Shown here: one piece after another, positions 1 to 11,900 of the stretch
Layout of the letters: each line of letters opens with the position of its first letter
Numbering within the stretch: the first letter of the stretch is position 1
Origin: Nymphaea colorata
Lineage: Eukaryota
Assembly: GCF_008831285.2 (NCBI RefSeq)
Contig: NC_045138.2
Span: 25,978,001 to 26,042,000 of the forward strand
Length of the DNA: 64,000 nt
Reading direction: 5' to 3'
The notes under the pieces: model-generated
Database searches by the model: none
Seen by the model: the letters and a program-made list of their open reading frames with translations, nothing else
What the model was told of the DNA's origin: nothing
Made by a program: the position numbers and the translations under genes

Positions 1-78
1 AAGGTGGATTTCATTGAATGAGCGATATCCTCCAAATTCAGAATCAGTGACCGAAGGACGCACTAGAAAAATTTCTAC

Positions 79-2760
79 CTTGGTGTCCATTCCAGCAAGT
101 ATGAGAAAAGCAAGCCTGGTAGTAGTCGAGGCCAGAATACTTGGCTCTTTTAAGCTGTCTGCATCCCTTGTACTCTGAATCTGTTGCAAATAATGTGTGC
201 CTCTTTCTTCATCCTGAAACAAATTAGAGTAAGACAACTAATAACAATTTCGATCATTAAATTGATGATGAAACAGAACAAAACAATAGACGAAAATCCA
301 TATTCAAGTATAGATCTTAGAAAGTAGAATGGGTAACACAAAGCAAGTAATAACTGTTTCGACTTATGCATGTAACCCAATCCCTTCAGAAACACATACG
401 TGTCCAGCTCCACTTTATATGGACATGAACCAATTCTTTAAAGGAAAAGTTTCAGACATCTTCTATTTCACTCATTATATCAAGTTAACAAGGAAAAAAG
501 AGAAAGTTTCAGAGGGCAAATTAGTTTTTCTATTGCTCAGAAAAAGGTCATTCTACTAAAGCAAATAACGGGGCTGATCTGGGTCCAGATGGTTGGTGAG
601 TGTAAATAAGAATCCAATAGTTGAAAATGTCCTTATGTGCTATAATAGACATAAATGGAGTATATGATATCTACAAGGTCGAGAAGTTCTTTTAAAAACA
701 TAAAAATTTTGTACGGACAAATAACAGTCATATGGCAATTCATGACCATGCGAAGTAATACCTAGTGCCCATGCAAAGACAAGGGGAAACAGATGCCTTT
801 GTAAAAAATGTCACATAGATTTCTTGTGAACAATAATTTTGAAAATACCCAAGTCCAACACATGACATACATATCCAGCATATCCAGGTATTGGACACTT
901 TGAAGCTCAATTTTCCTCCAAGCCACTTCAAGCCTACTTGGATGGGATAAAAACAAGAAAGGAGAACAAAAACAACCAAAAAGCCTGTGACTTACCTGCA
1001 AAAGATATAATCATATGAAAGAAAGATAAGACAAAATCTAGTTCTACAATTAACGGGTGAACCTCAACTTGTAGGGAGTTGATATTTGAGTAGGGAACAT
1101 TCTTTGATGATGCCAATGACCATCCAGACTCCCAAGAACCACCATGTCCTTTTAGTAGGGAGGTAAGTGCAATAGATGATGCTGGGACGTCCACCTATAA
1201 GTACCATAAGAAGAAATTTTAGATCAAATTAAGGCAAATAAAACCTGATTAGCTTTTGAGTTCAATGACATTCGTATAAAAGAACCTTGAACGGCTGATG
1301 CAAAAGTAATAACGAAGTAAAACCAGAAAGATATTCATAATATTAGAAAATTTGCTTATTAAGTAAAAAAGGAGAAATTTTAGATCAAAGTCAAAATTAA
1401 GAATGATAAACTCTGATTAACATTCAATATTGAAGCCACTGATGCTTTATACTAATGAACCTAAAATGCTTGATGCAAAAGCAGTAAGGAAACAAACCCA
1501 GAAAGATACACATAATATCAAAGTCGAACAAAACAAGATATGGATAGTAATAAAGTCTTATGATAATGAACCTAAAATGCTTGATGCAAAAGCAGTAAGG
1601 AAACAAACCCAGAAAGATATCCATAATATCAAAGTCGAACAAAACAAGATATGGATAGTAGTAAAGTCTTATAATAACCGCATAAAACTGAAGTTCAAAC
1701 AGGCAGTTCAGATGCACCAACTCACTCAAAAAATAAGACAAGTTCAGGAAATGCATTATATAGCACATAAGTCACCAAATTTCCTTAAGTTTTCTGAATA
1801 ATTAATGTCTCCAAAGCACACGACTGTAGACTTCGCTCCAGAAAGGAGTCATAATTCCATGTGAAATTACTATGATAGATCAATATGTCTCCAAAGCACA
1901 CGACTGTAGACTTCTCTCCAGAAAGGAGTCATAATTCCATGTGAAATTACTATGATAGATCAATTCTATTACAATAACCAACAAATAAAACCAAATATCA
2001 TGTCATAATCAGTTGAAACCTTACCAATGTAAGAAGCTCCGCTGGTAGCCATGATGGATCTTCATGCTCCATCCCACCATTTTTATCTGGTGCTTTCCTT
2101 CTGGCCTGGACAACCAGTCATGCACAAAGGTTTGAGCATCTAACCAATTTAAGGAAAAAGAGGCAGCGAGCCAGCAACATTCTACCTCGATCAGCACATC
2201 AATCTGCGATCCAGGCACCAATTGTGGTGGCCCCTGCAATAATGACCATGATAAGAATCAAATAAACAGAAAGTTATTCCCCCACAATCAAAACATGAAG
2301 TCCTTGGATAGAGAGGCAACAACAACAATAATAATGGTTCAAAGGAACTCCCATCGAACCTGTGATTGAATCCCACGATCCTGGTGCACAGTAGAAACAA
2401 AAGGTTCCACCACAGATGCAGCAGTAACAACTAGTGCCGACATGATCGGGCTCTTTCCTCCATGTCCAATTAGGCGTTCAACAACAGGGCAGTGGTGAGA
2501 CAAGGATTCAGGTACCAGAAACCCGGACGACGATAACGTTGTCTTCCCCGACCTGCATAAAGTAATTAGCTTCTTCGAGACGCCAACAGTGACAAGATCT
2601 ACCAAATACAAGCCAATTGTTTATATCCTTCAATGGGGACGTCAAAAGCATGAAAAACTTATGTAGAGCATCCAGAAAAGTGAACCTGCATTAGAATTCA
2701 TTCCCACCAATACCCACCATAAAAGATCCTCAAATTACTCTTATTCGCCTATCATCGGTA

Positions 2761-2791
<31 letters not shown>

Positions 2792-3444
2792 AAACTATAC
2801 TCATAAAATACAAGGGTGGCAAGTAAACTCACTCTGCATGATAGAAGGCATGGCCATGCATCTTGCGACCCCTCGGATCCTGAAACGTCAAAAGAAATAA
2901 AGCCATCAATTAAATTTCATCTCATCATGCCTTTGCCAGAAATGGTGCCTTAATCAAAGAAATGATAAATTTTTAGTCAATCGGACTGAATCGTCTAAGT
3001 CCAGGGTGAACAATATCTGATGCATCAAGTGAATTCGTATTCGAAAAACTATGGTATAGATAAATATTTTATCCCTCCATATCCGAATCATTCCATTGTT
3101 GAACCCCAGACAAAATTCACTCTGAAGCTCTCATAAGTCATATCTAACTCGCAGTTATAGAGCGATATCAGGAGAATGAGGTGTCAACCAGTAGTCCCAT
3201 TTATCACGAACCGAAGAGTATAACTGATAAGCTCCGTTTTTCTCTCTCGTAAGATCAGAATGACAGTGGGAGTGAGAAAAAGATATCGCAAATTGTCTAC
3301 TTAGCTTCTGCGTTGTCTTGTGAAAAGCTAAAAGGGAAATACAGGAAAAATGAACGGACGAGAGCATACAGGGCCGCTGGTTCGAACAAGAACGGCGAGG
3401 CTTCGAGCCACATCGACGATCTGCCGCACACCATCGTCTCCCAT
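79..3444 (-). CDS. DEG15: Peroxisomal/glyoxysomal processing protease DEG15 (trypsin-like, TYSND1 family), 5' part; continues past the left edge. Exons 3370-3444, 2833-2879, 2360-2552, 2186-2233, 2025-2105, 1063-1194, 79-180
   Basis: GT-AG exons join in frame: MGDDGVRQIVDVARSLAVLVRTSGP|DPRGRKMHGHAFYHAE|SGKTTLSSSGFLVP...VVTAASVVEPF...|GPPQLVPGSQIDVLIE|...PSWLPAELLTL|VDVPASSIALTSLL...WESGWSLAS...|...STTTRLAFL. This follows the N-terminal motif order I recall for Arabidopsis DEG15 (GPDPKGLKM..HAFH, SGNATLSASG, VLTVASVVEPF, WVPAQLLSLVDVP, GWSL). Confidence 0.88.
1453..1676. repeat. Two-copy direct tandem duplication, 111-bp period, in a DEG15 intron
   Basis: taatgaacctaaaatgcttgatgcaaaagcagtaaggaaacaaacccagaaagata... 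starts at 1453 and again at 1564, with few mismatches. Confidence 0.95.
1805..1964. repeat. Two-copy direct tandem duplication, 80-bp period, in a DEG15 intron
   Basis: atgtctccaaagcacacgactgtagacttc...gatagatcaat at 1805 and 1885; one visible mismatch (cttcgctcc vs cttctctcc). Confidence 0.95.
2763..2793. repeat. (GAA)n microsatellite in a DEG15 intron
   Basis: Run of gaa triplets seen directly. Confidence 0.95.
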
Positions 3445-5905
3445 CTCTCCCCCTCTCTCTCTCTAGATGACTATCTTGCTTCACTTGTGGGGTGGACCGT
3501 GGATGAGAGCAGAAACAAGACGCGAAAGGCCCCTTTTAAGCGGCTGCCAACCTGGCGGACCGCGGTAAAATCTCGCGCTTTTTCCCAACAATATTGAAAA
3601 ACGTAAACGATAAAATATAATTATGTGTCATCATGCATTGATGGTTATCTCCTTATTATAAAACAGTTTACAATTCTTTATTAAAATTTAAAATGAAAAT
3701 AAATTATATACGTATAGAAAAAGTCGATGCTGCCGTGTTTGATTAAATTTAAAAAAATAATAATGCGATAATGATTCATTTATATTGGTTTTAGCAACAG
3801 TTTTTCATTTATTTAACAACAAATTTTAAATTTCAATCATTTTATTAATTGTATTTATTTATTTATTTACACTGGGGAAGAATCAAGATGCTACGATTGA
3901 CGCGTGTGGATAAATATTAATAATCCCGACCTCAAGTTTGAAGTGATAATGCCCAAATCAAGGTGATAATGTTGAGATATTGGAAAAACAAAAACAAAGT
4001 CAATATAAATGAAAATATAATTGGTGGTCCGCAAAGTCATGTTCACGTCTTTCTTTAGGTTTTGGAGCATACACCTTTCAACTTAGTATCATGCAATACA
4101 AGAATTGAACCAATAATATGTTTTCAATGCGATAGTCGAGCCAACCAGCAAAGAAGAAAAGAAAATTATAGAAGCATGTGACTTCCGATTTCATTGCTAT
4201 TTGTTAACAAGATTGGTTGAAATTGAAATTATACATGTTAAATGTAAAGATTTGAGCCAAGTCGTTACAATTAACGTAAAAAAAAGGTTCATCTCTCGAC
4301 ACAGGGCAAGAATCTTGATTAACAATTGGATAACGAGGTGTTCGTTGGCCTCGATGTCGGTGTATTGAAGGGATATAAGGTTTAACAATCGTCCGCAGAT
4401 TTCAGATCTGCAAGAGAATTAAGATTCGTGAATTTGAGATCTAAATGTACTCTTGAAGTTTTCCACTACATGAAGAATCTCATATACATGGGAAAATTGT
4501 ATTTCTTCCCCGGTCAGCGGAAAACAAAAACGGGAAACCCTGGCTTTTTCAAGGTTAAGTTTTTAGTTTACAAACTATTTCATCGCAAAATCTTTTCCTT
4601 ACAAATGCGACCATAACCCTATTGGATAACCTAGAAGATCGGGAGCATTTTTAGAGTCCAACCGCGAGGACCGGCGACCACACCCACCGGCCGGTGCACA
4701 ATCGGGGAAGCCGCTGCACGGTCTTGTTTGAATGGCATTCGGCTGTAGATAAGGCTGACCTGAATCCGTCGCCTGCCCAAAGCTTCCGGCCTGTTCTCCC
4801 CTGCTTGTCCACTTGAACGATCTTTCCAGCAATTGAATCTCATTTCAAGGCGCTCGTTGGTCGTCACTTCAAAACGGAAGATCGGATTTTTTTTATTTCG
4901 CGCGCTAAATTTGCCGGGTTCTTCTTTCCCCCTCGGAACAGTAAATTCAACGGTGAAAGTTCCTTCCCCTCCTTTTTGCCTTGGTGCGCGCCGCCTCTGT
5001 GTTTCCTTTGATGATTCCTTTGCTGATTGTGTTTTCTTCTCGTCCTTCCTCATCGATTATCAGAACTTGTGGACTCGTCTTCGTCAATGAGAATTTTCGG
5101 TTTCTGCTGTTTTGCTTTCCAGGCATGTAGCTTGTTCCTCGCAAGTAGTCGTAGCGAGTTTTCCTTCTCGCCTTCTATTGTTGTAATGTCCAAAGCTCTA
5201 TTGGATTCCTAAAGACGAAACAAAAGTCTCGACGTTTTAGCTTCGTAGCACCGCTTTGTTTGTTCACAATAATACTAAATCGGTTAGTTATGTAGTTCTA
5301 AAGTTGGAGACGTGTTGCAGTGTTGGGCAAGAAAGAATGTTCTCTGATCCATGGTATATTTCAATTGCTTTCGTGGAAAACGAAGGGAAAAGGCATTCAT
5401 TTTACGCAGGAAAACTTTTATGGTTTTGTTAATTTTGTAGTTTCAAGATACAAGTGTGCCAGATGTTTTGGTGAGTGTTTACCTATCCATGACGAATTTT
5501 AATTATTTGACTGAAATAGGGAACATGAAAACGATGCTTCTTTCGTATGCTTTTTAGATTTCGTTCCTCATGCAGTATTAGCGGTTATCTAAACTACCTT
5601 TTATATTTGGACTTCCATCATGAAATGTTGAAAAAGAGTAAAGGCTCATTTCATTCTGAAGTGGGTTTGTTTAGTAGTGCCTTTATTCTTACAGTCTGTC
5701 AATCACAAATCCCATTTACTGGTTGATTAATGTAGCTCTTTTCTCTATAGCTATAACTTTTTGAACGCACATCTTTTGCAAGTTCGTGTTTATGCTTCAG
5801 TAATTGAAGAATCGATGATGTTGGTTTATTTAGGTGCATCATGTCGTGACTCTAAGCAAATACATGAATATGACTGGATATTGTTTTTAGCTTGGAGACT
5901 TCTGA

Positions 5906-7975
5906 ATGGAGAGCTCTTCCCAAGAAAGTGTCCCAGCAGCAAAAGCAGTATTATTGGGTGCTCTGGCTTCTGGTGTCAATGTATGTCTCTTTCCTCCATT
6001 CATTGTCTAGTATGTCTTCCTTTCCTTTCTTCAACATCACTAAAAATCAGTCATATGTTACAGGCTTCCACTTGGTCTGTCATTAAGATGGTGTTTTTGT
6101 CGCTGGGTCTGTGCTTTGCCGCAATGCTGTTTATAGCATTTGCATCAGATGAACCAACTCTCATTTTGCATGTTCTGATACTTGTTTCCTTGGGTGCGCT
6201 CCTATTCCTCCTCCTCAGTTGGTAAGCATCTGTTCTACTTTATTTAGTGGGTATTTGTCTTCTTAATTAATAAAAGTTGGTCTTTTTATCCTCATACGTG
6301 ATGCTTAACTTAGTTTCTCTTGTCTCCTTTTGGTTTTGTTTCCTTATTTGAACTAGCAATGGCACATGTGCACGCAAGATTGTCCTTATAACTTTACTTA
6401 GGAATCTCTGATCATTAGTTTAAGGTCATCTTATATTAGTTGGAATCGGCCGATCGTGGCACTTGAACCATTTTGTTTATAGAAGTATGTTTTTATGTTT
6501 GAGGTCTAGCTAATGGAAATGTAGATTGATTGGCTAAAAATCATTTATGACAAAGAATGAAATAATAATTTACCTATAATATGAATTATATTTGGTGGAA
6601 CCAGCCAGCTATATGTGTAGATTTCTGCAGCAACTGTTAAGAGGCAATAGATATTAGATAGTATTGTGGGGCCTGTTTGATGTCCTGGGTAACTTCTTTT
6701 ATGTGGGGAACTTATCCTTGAAATATAAAGAGGCCATCAAACATGGAGTGAACTTCATCATAAACTCTTTATGTTAGATCAAGCAGAGAAGAAGTCGGAA
6801 CCCAGGGGGTCCGACCTGGGTTCCGACCTTTTACCCCTTTCTCTGCACATCTAATCCACTAGGATGTAACCTGATGGATTTATGCAATTATGCAGACCAT
6901 CAAACACCCATTTAGTTCTTTATGTTTGACATGACACCACTTAGTTCTTTAATTTGACGACACCAAATATAAATTGTCCTTATAGGTTAAGTGTTTTCTC
7001 TTCTTCTTCTTATTTGAGGCTACTGCTGTTCTTTTCTCTACTTCTACTTACTATTTCTATGGTATCAGAGTTGGGGAGTCTGAGACCCTGTATATTAAAA
7101 GCATTGTCACAGATATCGCGAGATTTTTTATCTCACAATATTTATGAGAAAATCAAATAAAACTAAAAAAAAGATAAAAATTGCATGATTTTGAAAATCT
7201 TGCGAAAAGGAAAATTCTCGTGAATTTATCACGAATTTATCAAAATTTTGCCCAATTTTTTATTTTTTTATTTTTTAAGATTTTGTATTTTTTTAATTTC
7301 TGAAAATTTGTCAAGATTTACCTGACAATAATAGCTTCACTGAAAAATGCCTGAGAAAAGCCTCGCCAAGGTATTCTACGATGTTCATGACAATGATTGA
7401 AGGCGCTTTCTTTTTGCATTTGTTAATGTTTTTACGTATGAACATTCTTCTTACATTCTTTGTTAATGCATTTTCCCCCTTAGCCCTTATTCTATTCTTT
7501 TCCTCTTCTCTCTTGGTTCTTGATTTTCCAAATGCTGAAGTTGTTTTAAAAAAGCATATTATTCGGAGTGTGTGCGCGTGTTGCCGAAGAGTAAATTATG
7601 AAATTGGCATATTCACTCGTAATATATGCTTTACATCAAGTTCTTGAAAGGAACCCCTGCCAACGTTTTCTCCAGAAGGGCTGACAATGCCAGGGCTCTG
7701 AATCATTCTGCCCAACATGGATATCCAAAAATAATGGTGGTAATGGAACAAAGAGTTTTCCTGCCTCTCGGTTTGCTTATTTTGTTGGCCTTGCTTTGAT
7801 ATTTCTTTCCTTGAATGAACACTTTTTCACTAAAAAATGACTGGAACCCTAGACAAAAGAGGGAAAGCAGGAGCCAGGAAACACAAAAGTTCTGTTCAGT
7901 GGTGTCAAAACAACTCAGTTGTATTTGAACAATTTGAAGGAAAGAAGGTTGTAACTTTCAAGTTGTACGCTTGCA

Positions 7976-8038
<63 letters not shown>

Positions 8039-8487
8039 AATGTCTGTTAATCATCATATTCAAATGCATTTCTTGCACAAAATAAAGGCACATAAATGTC
8101 TTGGTTATGGGTATGTTTGTTACTCTAACTTGGAAAGCCAGATTGCCTCCAATTGTCTATCTGGTGTAGTGCTAGCCAAGACGGCTTCTCTTTGCTTCTT
8201 CGTGTTGTGATTTGGTTGCTAGTTCTTGACTCCTAAGGAAAATATTTTCATTTGTTCCTAATGGAAAAGTGTGTGCCACTTCAGGTTCAAAATCTTCAGG
8301 CTCTTAGCAGATGTAGGGACCGAAATTTAAACGGTTTCATTTTATGTTTGTTTCTCTTCAATTGCAACAATTATTTATGATTTTCTACAGGTTTCTTTCA
8401 CAGACAGGCCTAGTTTCTGTCGACCAGCAGATGGCAGAGTTGGGAATTACAGAAAATCAGCAAACTGGTTCAATAAAAGATGAATAA
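5906..8487 (+). CDS. Small membrane protein of 109 aa with two hydrophobic segments; Pkr1-like pattern. Exons 5906-5980, 6064-6221, 8391-8487
   Basis: GT-AG exons join in frame: MESSSQESVPAAKAVLLGALASGVN|ASTWSVIKMVFLSLGLCFAAMLFIAFASDEPTLILHVLILVSLGALLFLLLSW|FLSQTGLVSVDQQMAELGITENQQTGSIKDE*. GC/CT-rich leader near 4630-5200 and an acceptor ttag at 5890. Confidence 0.82.
6669..6908. mobile_element. Probable Tourist/PIF-Harbinger-like MITE with an internal hairpin, in intron 2 of the small membrane gene
   Basis: Ends gggcctgtttgatg (6669) and catcaaacaccc (to 6908) are inverted-complementary. Internal perfect 13-bp IR gtcggaacccagg/cctgggttccgac at 6794-6827. No clear TSD. Confidence 0.45.
7976..8036. 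repeat. Compound (GT)n(GA)n microsatellite
   Basis: Seen directly. Confidence 0.95.
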
Positions 8488-10449
8488 AACATACATTTTA
8501 TTTCAACTTCCCATTAAGGAGTTGTTCGGCAGCCATCCCATTTCACATCAGAAGATACACTGTTTTGATTACAACAGGAGTCTCAGCCCAACACTGAGAA
8601 CTTGCCATTACACATGGAATAAGCTGGAAGGAAAGGTAGTATTTACCCATTTATTTGTCTTTGCTCCAACTCATCCTTCCTTTTCGTGCTTCTCCTTCGG
8701 TTTGCTCTTCTTGGCCTTCATGAAGCAGAAGCATGAGCAGCAAGGGAATTGAAAGAGAAGCTTCATCTCCCCCTGGTTGTCACAACAGAACACAATTTTT
8801 GCCCATATGGTTTTGTTTTCCGATTTCATTAAGGCCTCCCTTATCCTGCCAGTTAGATTCCATTACTGACATTAGGTGAAAACCTGATGGATGGCCACTT
8901 TACTTTGTCTTGGCAAGGAAGACAAGAATAATGACAATGTGACGTGACGTATGGTGGGCCAGCTCTTCCAATGAGAAGAAGAGGCATGTGGACTCTTTTG
9001 TCTGCAGTGAAACTAAAGATATCTACGGTTTACTACTGCGTGGTTTCTTTGAACAAGTCTTTTTTGTAGTAATGGTGGCTAATATGAGTGCCCAAACACA
9101 TACATGCTTAATATCTGGAAAACCCAAAGTCCAGAAATGGGCGCAGAACATGTTAGTTCAAAAGGAAGATCAGGTAACTGTTGTCGGAACTGGCGAATTT
9201 GTCACAATTGGTTTATTCTTTTTACTTACCATATTTTCCTTTGCTATTGTATTATTGAGAATTAAATGAACTTAGACTATACATGAACCTTACAAAACAA
9301 GTTGTCATTTGCATAGTTTGTCTCTTCCTTCTGCCCCCTGTGAAACTTGATAATCGGAAGTAGATCCCCTCAAACCGACTCTATGCAATGATACGTGGCA
9401 ATTCTCTAGATCTTCTCGGAAAATGATTTTGGTGTTAGCATAACACCGACAACATTGAATCGTTCAAGTTCCCTTTGTTTTCTTTTTGGTTGGTTTACTG
9501 TGGACACAGACGACTCGCGTCAGCTCAGCCCGGCGAGTTTTGCTTTCTTTTAGCTCGGTTCAAGTCAGCCCATGAGGTACTCAATCTATTGCCCTTCCTT
9601 ACGTGTCGCCGATCAAAAAGTTTGACGCTTTAGAGTTCTTGCTCAAATTTTAAACATTGTTTATCACTTGAATCCGTCACGTTTGTTTCCCATTTGATAG
9701 CTTGTAAGAGTTTAAAAGTTTTCTTTCTTTTTATTGGGTAATGAACGGGAACTCTTAAAAGAGCGTTTCATTAAGAAGAATACTTCGTTCTTGCAACACA
9801 TGTTGCTAGAACGTTATATTCTTGTTCCAAGGAAAATAGTGCGATTATGTTCAACATTTGGTTGTTTGGAAGCAAAAACGTGATATTCTTAAAACGTGTA
9901 TTCACTCAAGATTTTGGTAATGATGTTTGAGTAGCTTACTGCATTTGTTATGCCATATTGGTTCTGCGTTCGAACAGATATTAGGAGTTTCTCGAACTCC
10001 TTCTTGTAGCCATCCCTCTCCACGGATTTGTTCTCTTAATTTGCTTTTAATTAGACAGTAAAAGTTTGTTTTTCAGAATTTGAGGGGTCACGAAATTTGG
10101 TTTGGTTGGAGTCTTCCACCAAGAGGGAAACTTTTGATTGTTCGATGCATGTCTCCCTATGCCTACCTTTAACTTTACAGTTGCTATGCATATTCTGCTC
10201 TAGCTAATTTGGATGTGCGACATTCTTTGCATTTGCTTCTTGTAGAATGTTACCAAATTTAATTTTTCAGTATCAATTTTTATGCTTGTCAGCAGCGACA
10301 ATTATCTGAGTTTTTTTCTTTTCTTTTCAAAAAAAGAAAAAAAAAAAACAGCGCAGGGAAATGGCTTCCAACCATTTATTAGATTTCAGAAAAGAATACA
10401 GCAATCAAAAAAAAAATGAAAGAACACAAGGGGACAAGAAAAAACAACA

Positions 10450-11900
10450 CCAAGGAAAAGATCAGTTGACAACTATAATCTCCATTCTGCACCAACAACG
10501 AAGCGACTTCTTTAGACAGGAAGGCATCATTCATAACCGCCCTGTTGAACTTGAGAGAACCCAAGAAAAAGGTGGAAGAAACGCACCCTAAGAAGTAGAA
10601 GCTGTCCTATTAAAAGAAGTTCTTCATTTGGCCAAACATCACTCTAGAAATAAACTAGGATCTACTGTTAACTAGAGCAATCAGCCTAAAATTGAAAAAT
10701 ATAATTCGCAATATCCTTTCTAGGGGATCGAAACTATACGAGTTCTATCAATTCTTTGCACCATCTTTTCTTTCAGTAATGGCTAAAGACACCTCTGGCT
10801 TAACAATATCCCAATATTTCTTTTTTAAAAAAAAGAGAAAAATCATCCTGCCCAAAAAAATATCAAAATTTGCCTTTAACAATACTGCATGCCCATTGAA
10901 TTCCCCTCTTTGGTTATTTGCTTAGAAGGTCCTCATTCCCCTCATTAATTTGTTTATAAGAGAATGGCCAATTAAAAATTTAGGTTGGGCCCTTAACCGC
11001 ACCATCATTCATTCTAATTCTTCTATAAGATATTCATGAAAGAAGGAATTGTTCTCATCCTCCTCCTTGAGGCAATGAAGCATGGCATTTTTTTTTCCAC
11101 AGGATTTCATGGCTGACAAGATCTCCTTTCAAATTTTGTGGTCCTTTTAAGACGAGGAATCAGATTCAAAGTCACCATTGAGTTGCAAATCCGCCAATTC
11201 CTTTTGCAAACCAGATGATCTATGAAGGATCTAACGCGCCACAACTTAGTCATTAGCTCAACCATTGGGCCACCACAGAAATCAAATGTTCCAAACTTCA
11301 AAGAACAAACTCTCTACAATCAGAATGACAACTCTGATGCTTAAGAAATCTAAGAATCTCCTAATCTATGAATTCTGAAAGATCAAAACTGAATGACTAG
11401 AAGTCATTGTCACTTCCGCCTAAAGACTACAATCATCTTCAACCCTATCAATCCAAATTTTTATTCATAAAACACCTACCAGTTTGACTGTACACGAAGA
11501 AATATGACTTATGGTGATTAGGCTAAGAATTGCACGTTCTCAGAATCAATATTTATTTCCTCCAACCTTGCAAACTGAACAAAGGTCTAACTAAAGAACA
11601 GACAGCATGCGAGACTGCTCGGAACCAACCCTAACAACATTAGAGTCACCAAGAATCAATGGAGGAAATATTTAATAGCAAAACAGGTCCCCAACATCAG
11701 AAATTGACCTCTTTTTTGCTTAAGAATCAGTATCAAGATTCACTCCATTAGCATCGTCTCATACCTTCATAGCAAATGCGCTGAGGGACACAACAGAGCT
11801 GGTCAGATTGACAGATCAGTGAATGGTGGATACATGACATGGATGTATTGCTCCTCACTCAGGTCTCGAAGCAGCTCTACACCTGGAAGCAAGGAGTAAA
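10450..11900 (-). mobile_element. Heavily decayed L1-type non-LTR retrotransposon ORF2 remnant; boundaries approximate
   Basis: Minus-strand fragments in the expected order: PLILGDSNVVR (11630-11662, endonuclease GDFN motif), IDRV, TSSHSVLI (11381-11404, SDH motif), HSDCREFV..VW, PMVELMTKL, and NDAFLSK near 10520. Many stops and frameshifts. Confidence 0.65.

Noticed and set aside
1424..1801. ORFs of 123 aa (+) and 114 aa (-) with repeated peptides
   Set aside because: By-products of the 111-bp intronic duplication; no recognisable domain
4631..5090. Overlapping ORFs of 140 aa (-) and 85 aa (+)
   Set aside because: They lie in a GC/CT-rich leader and promoter region where stops are rare; no family motif
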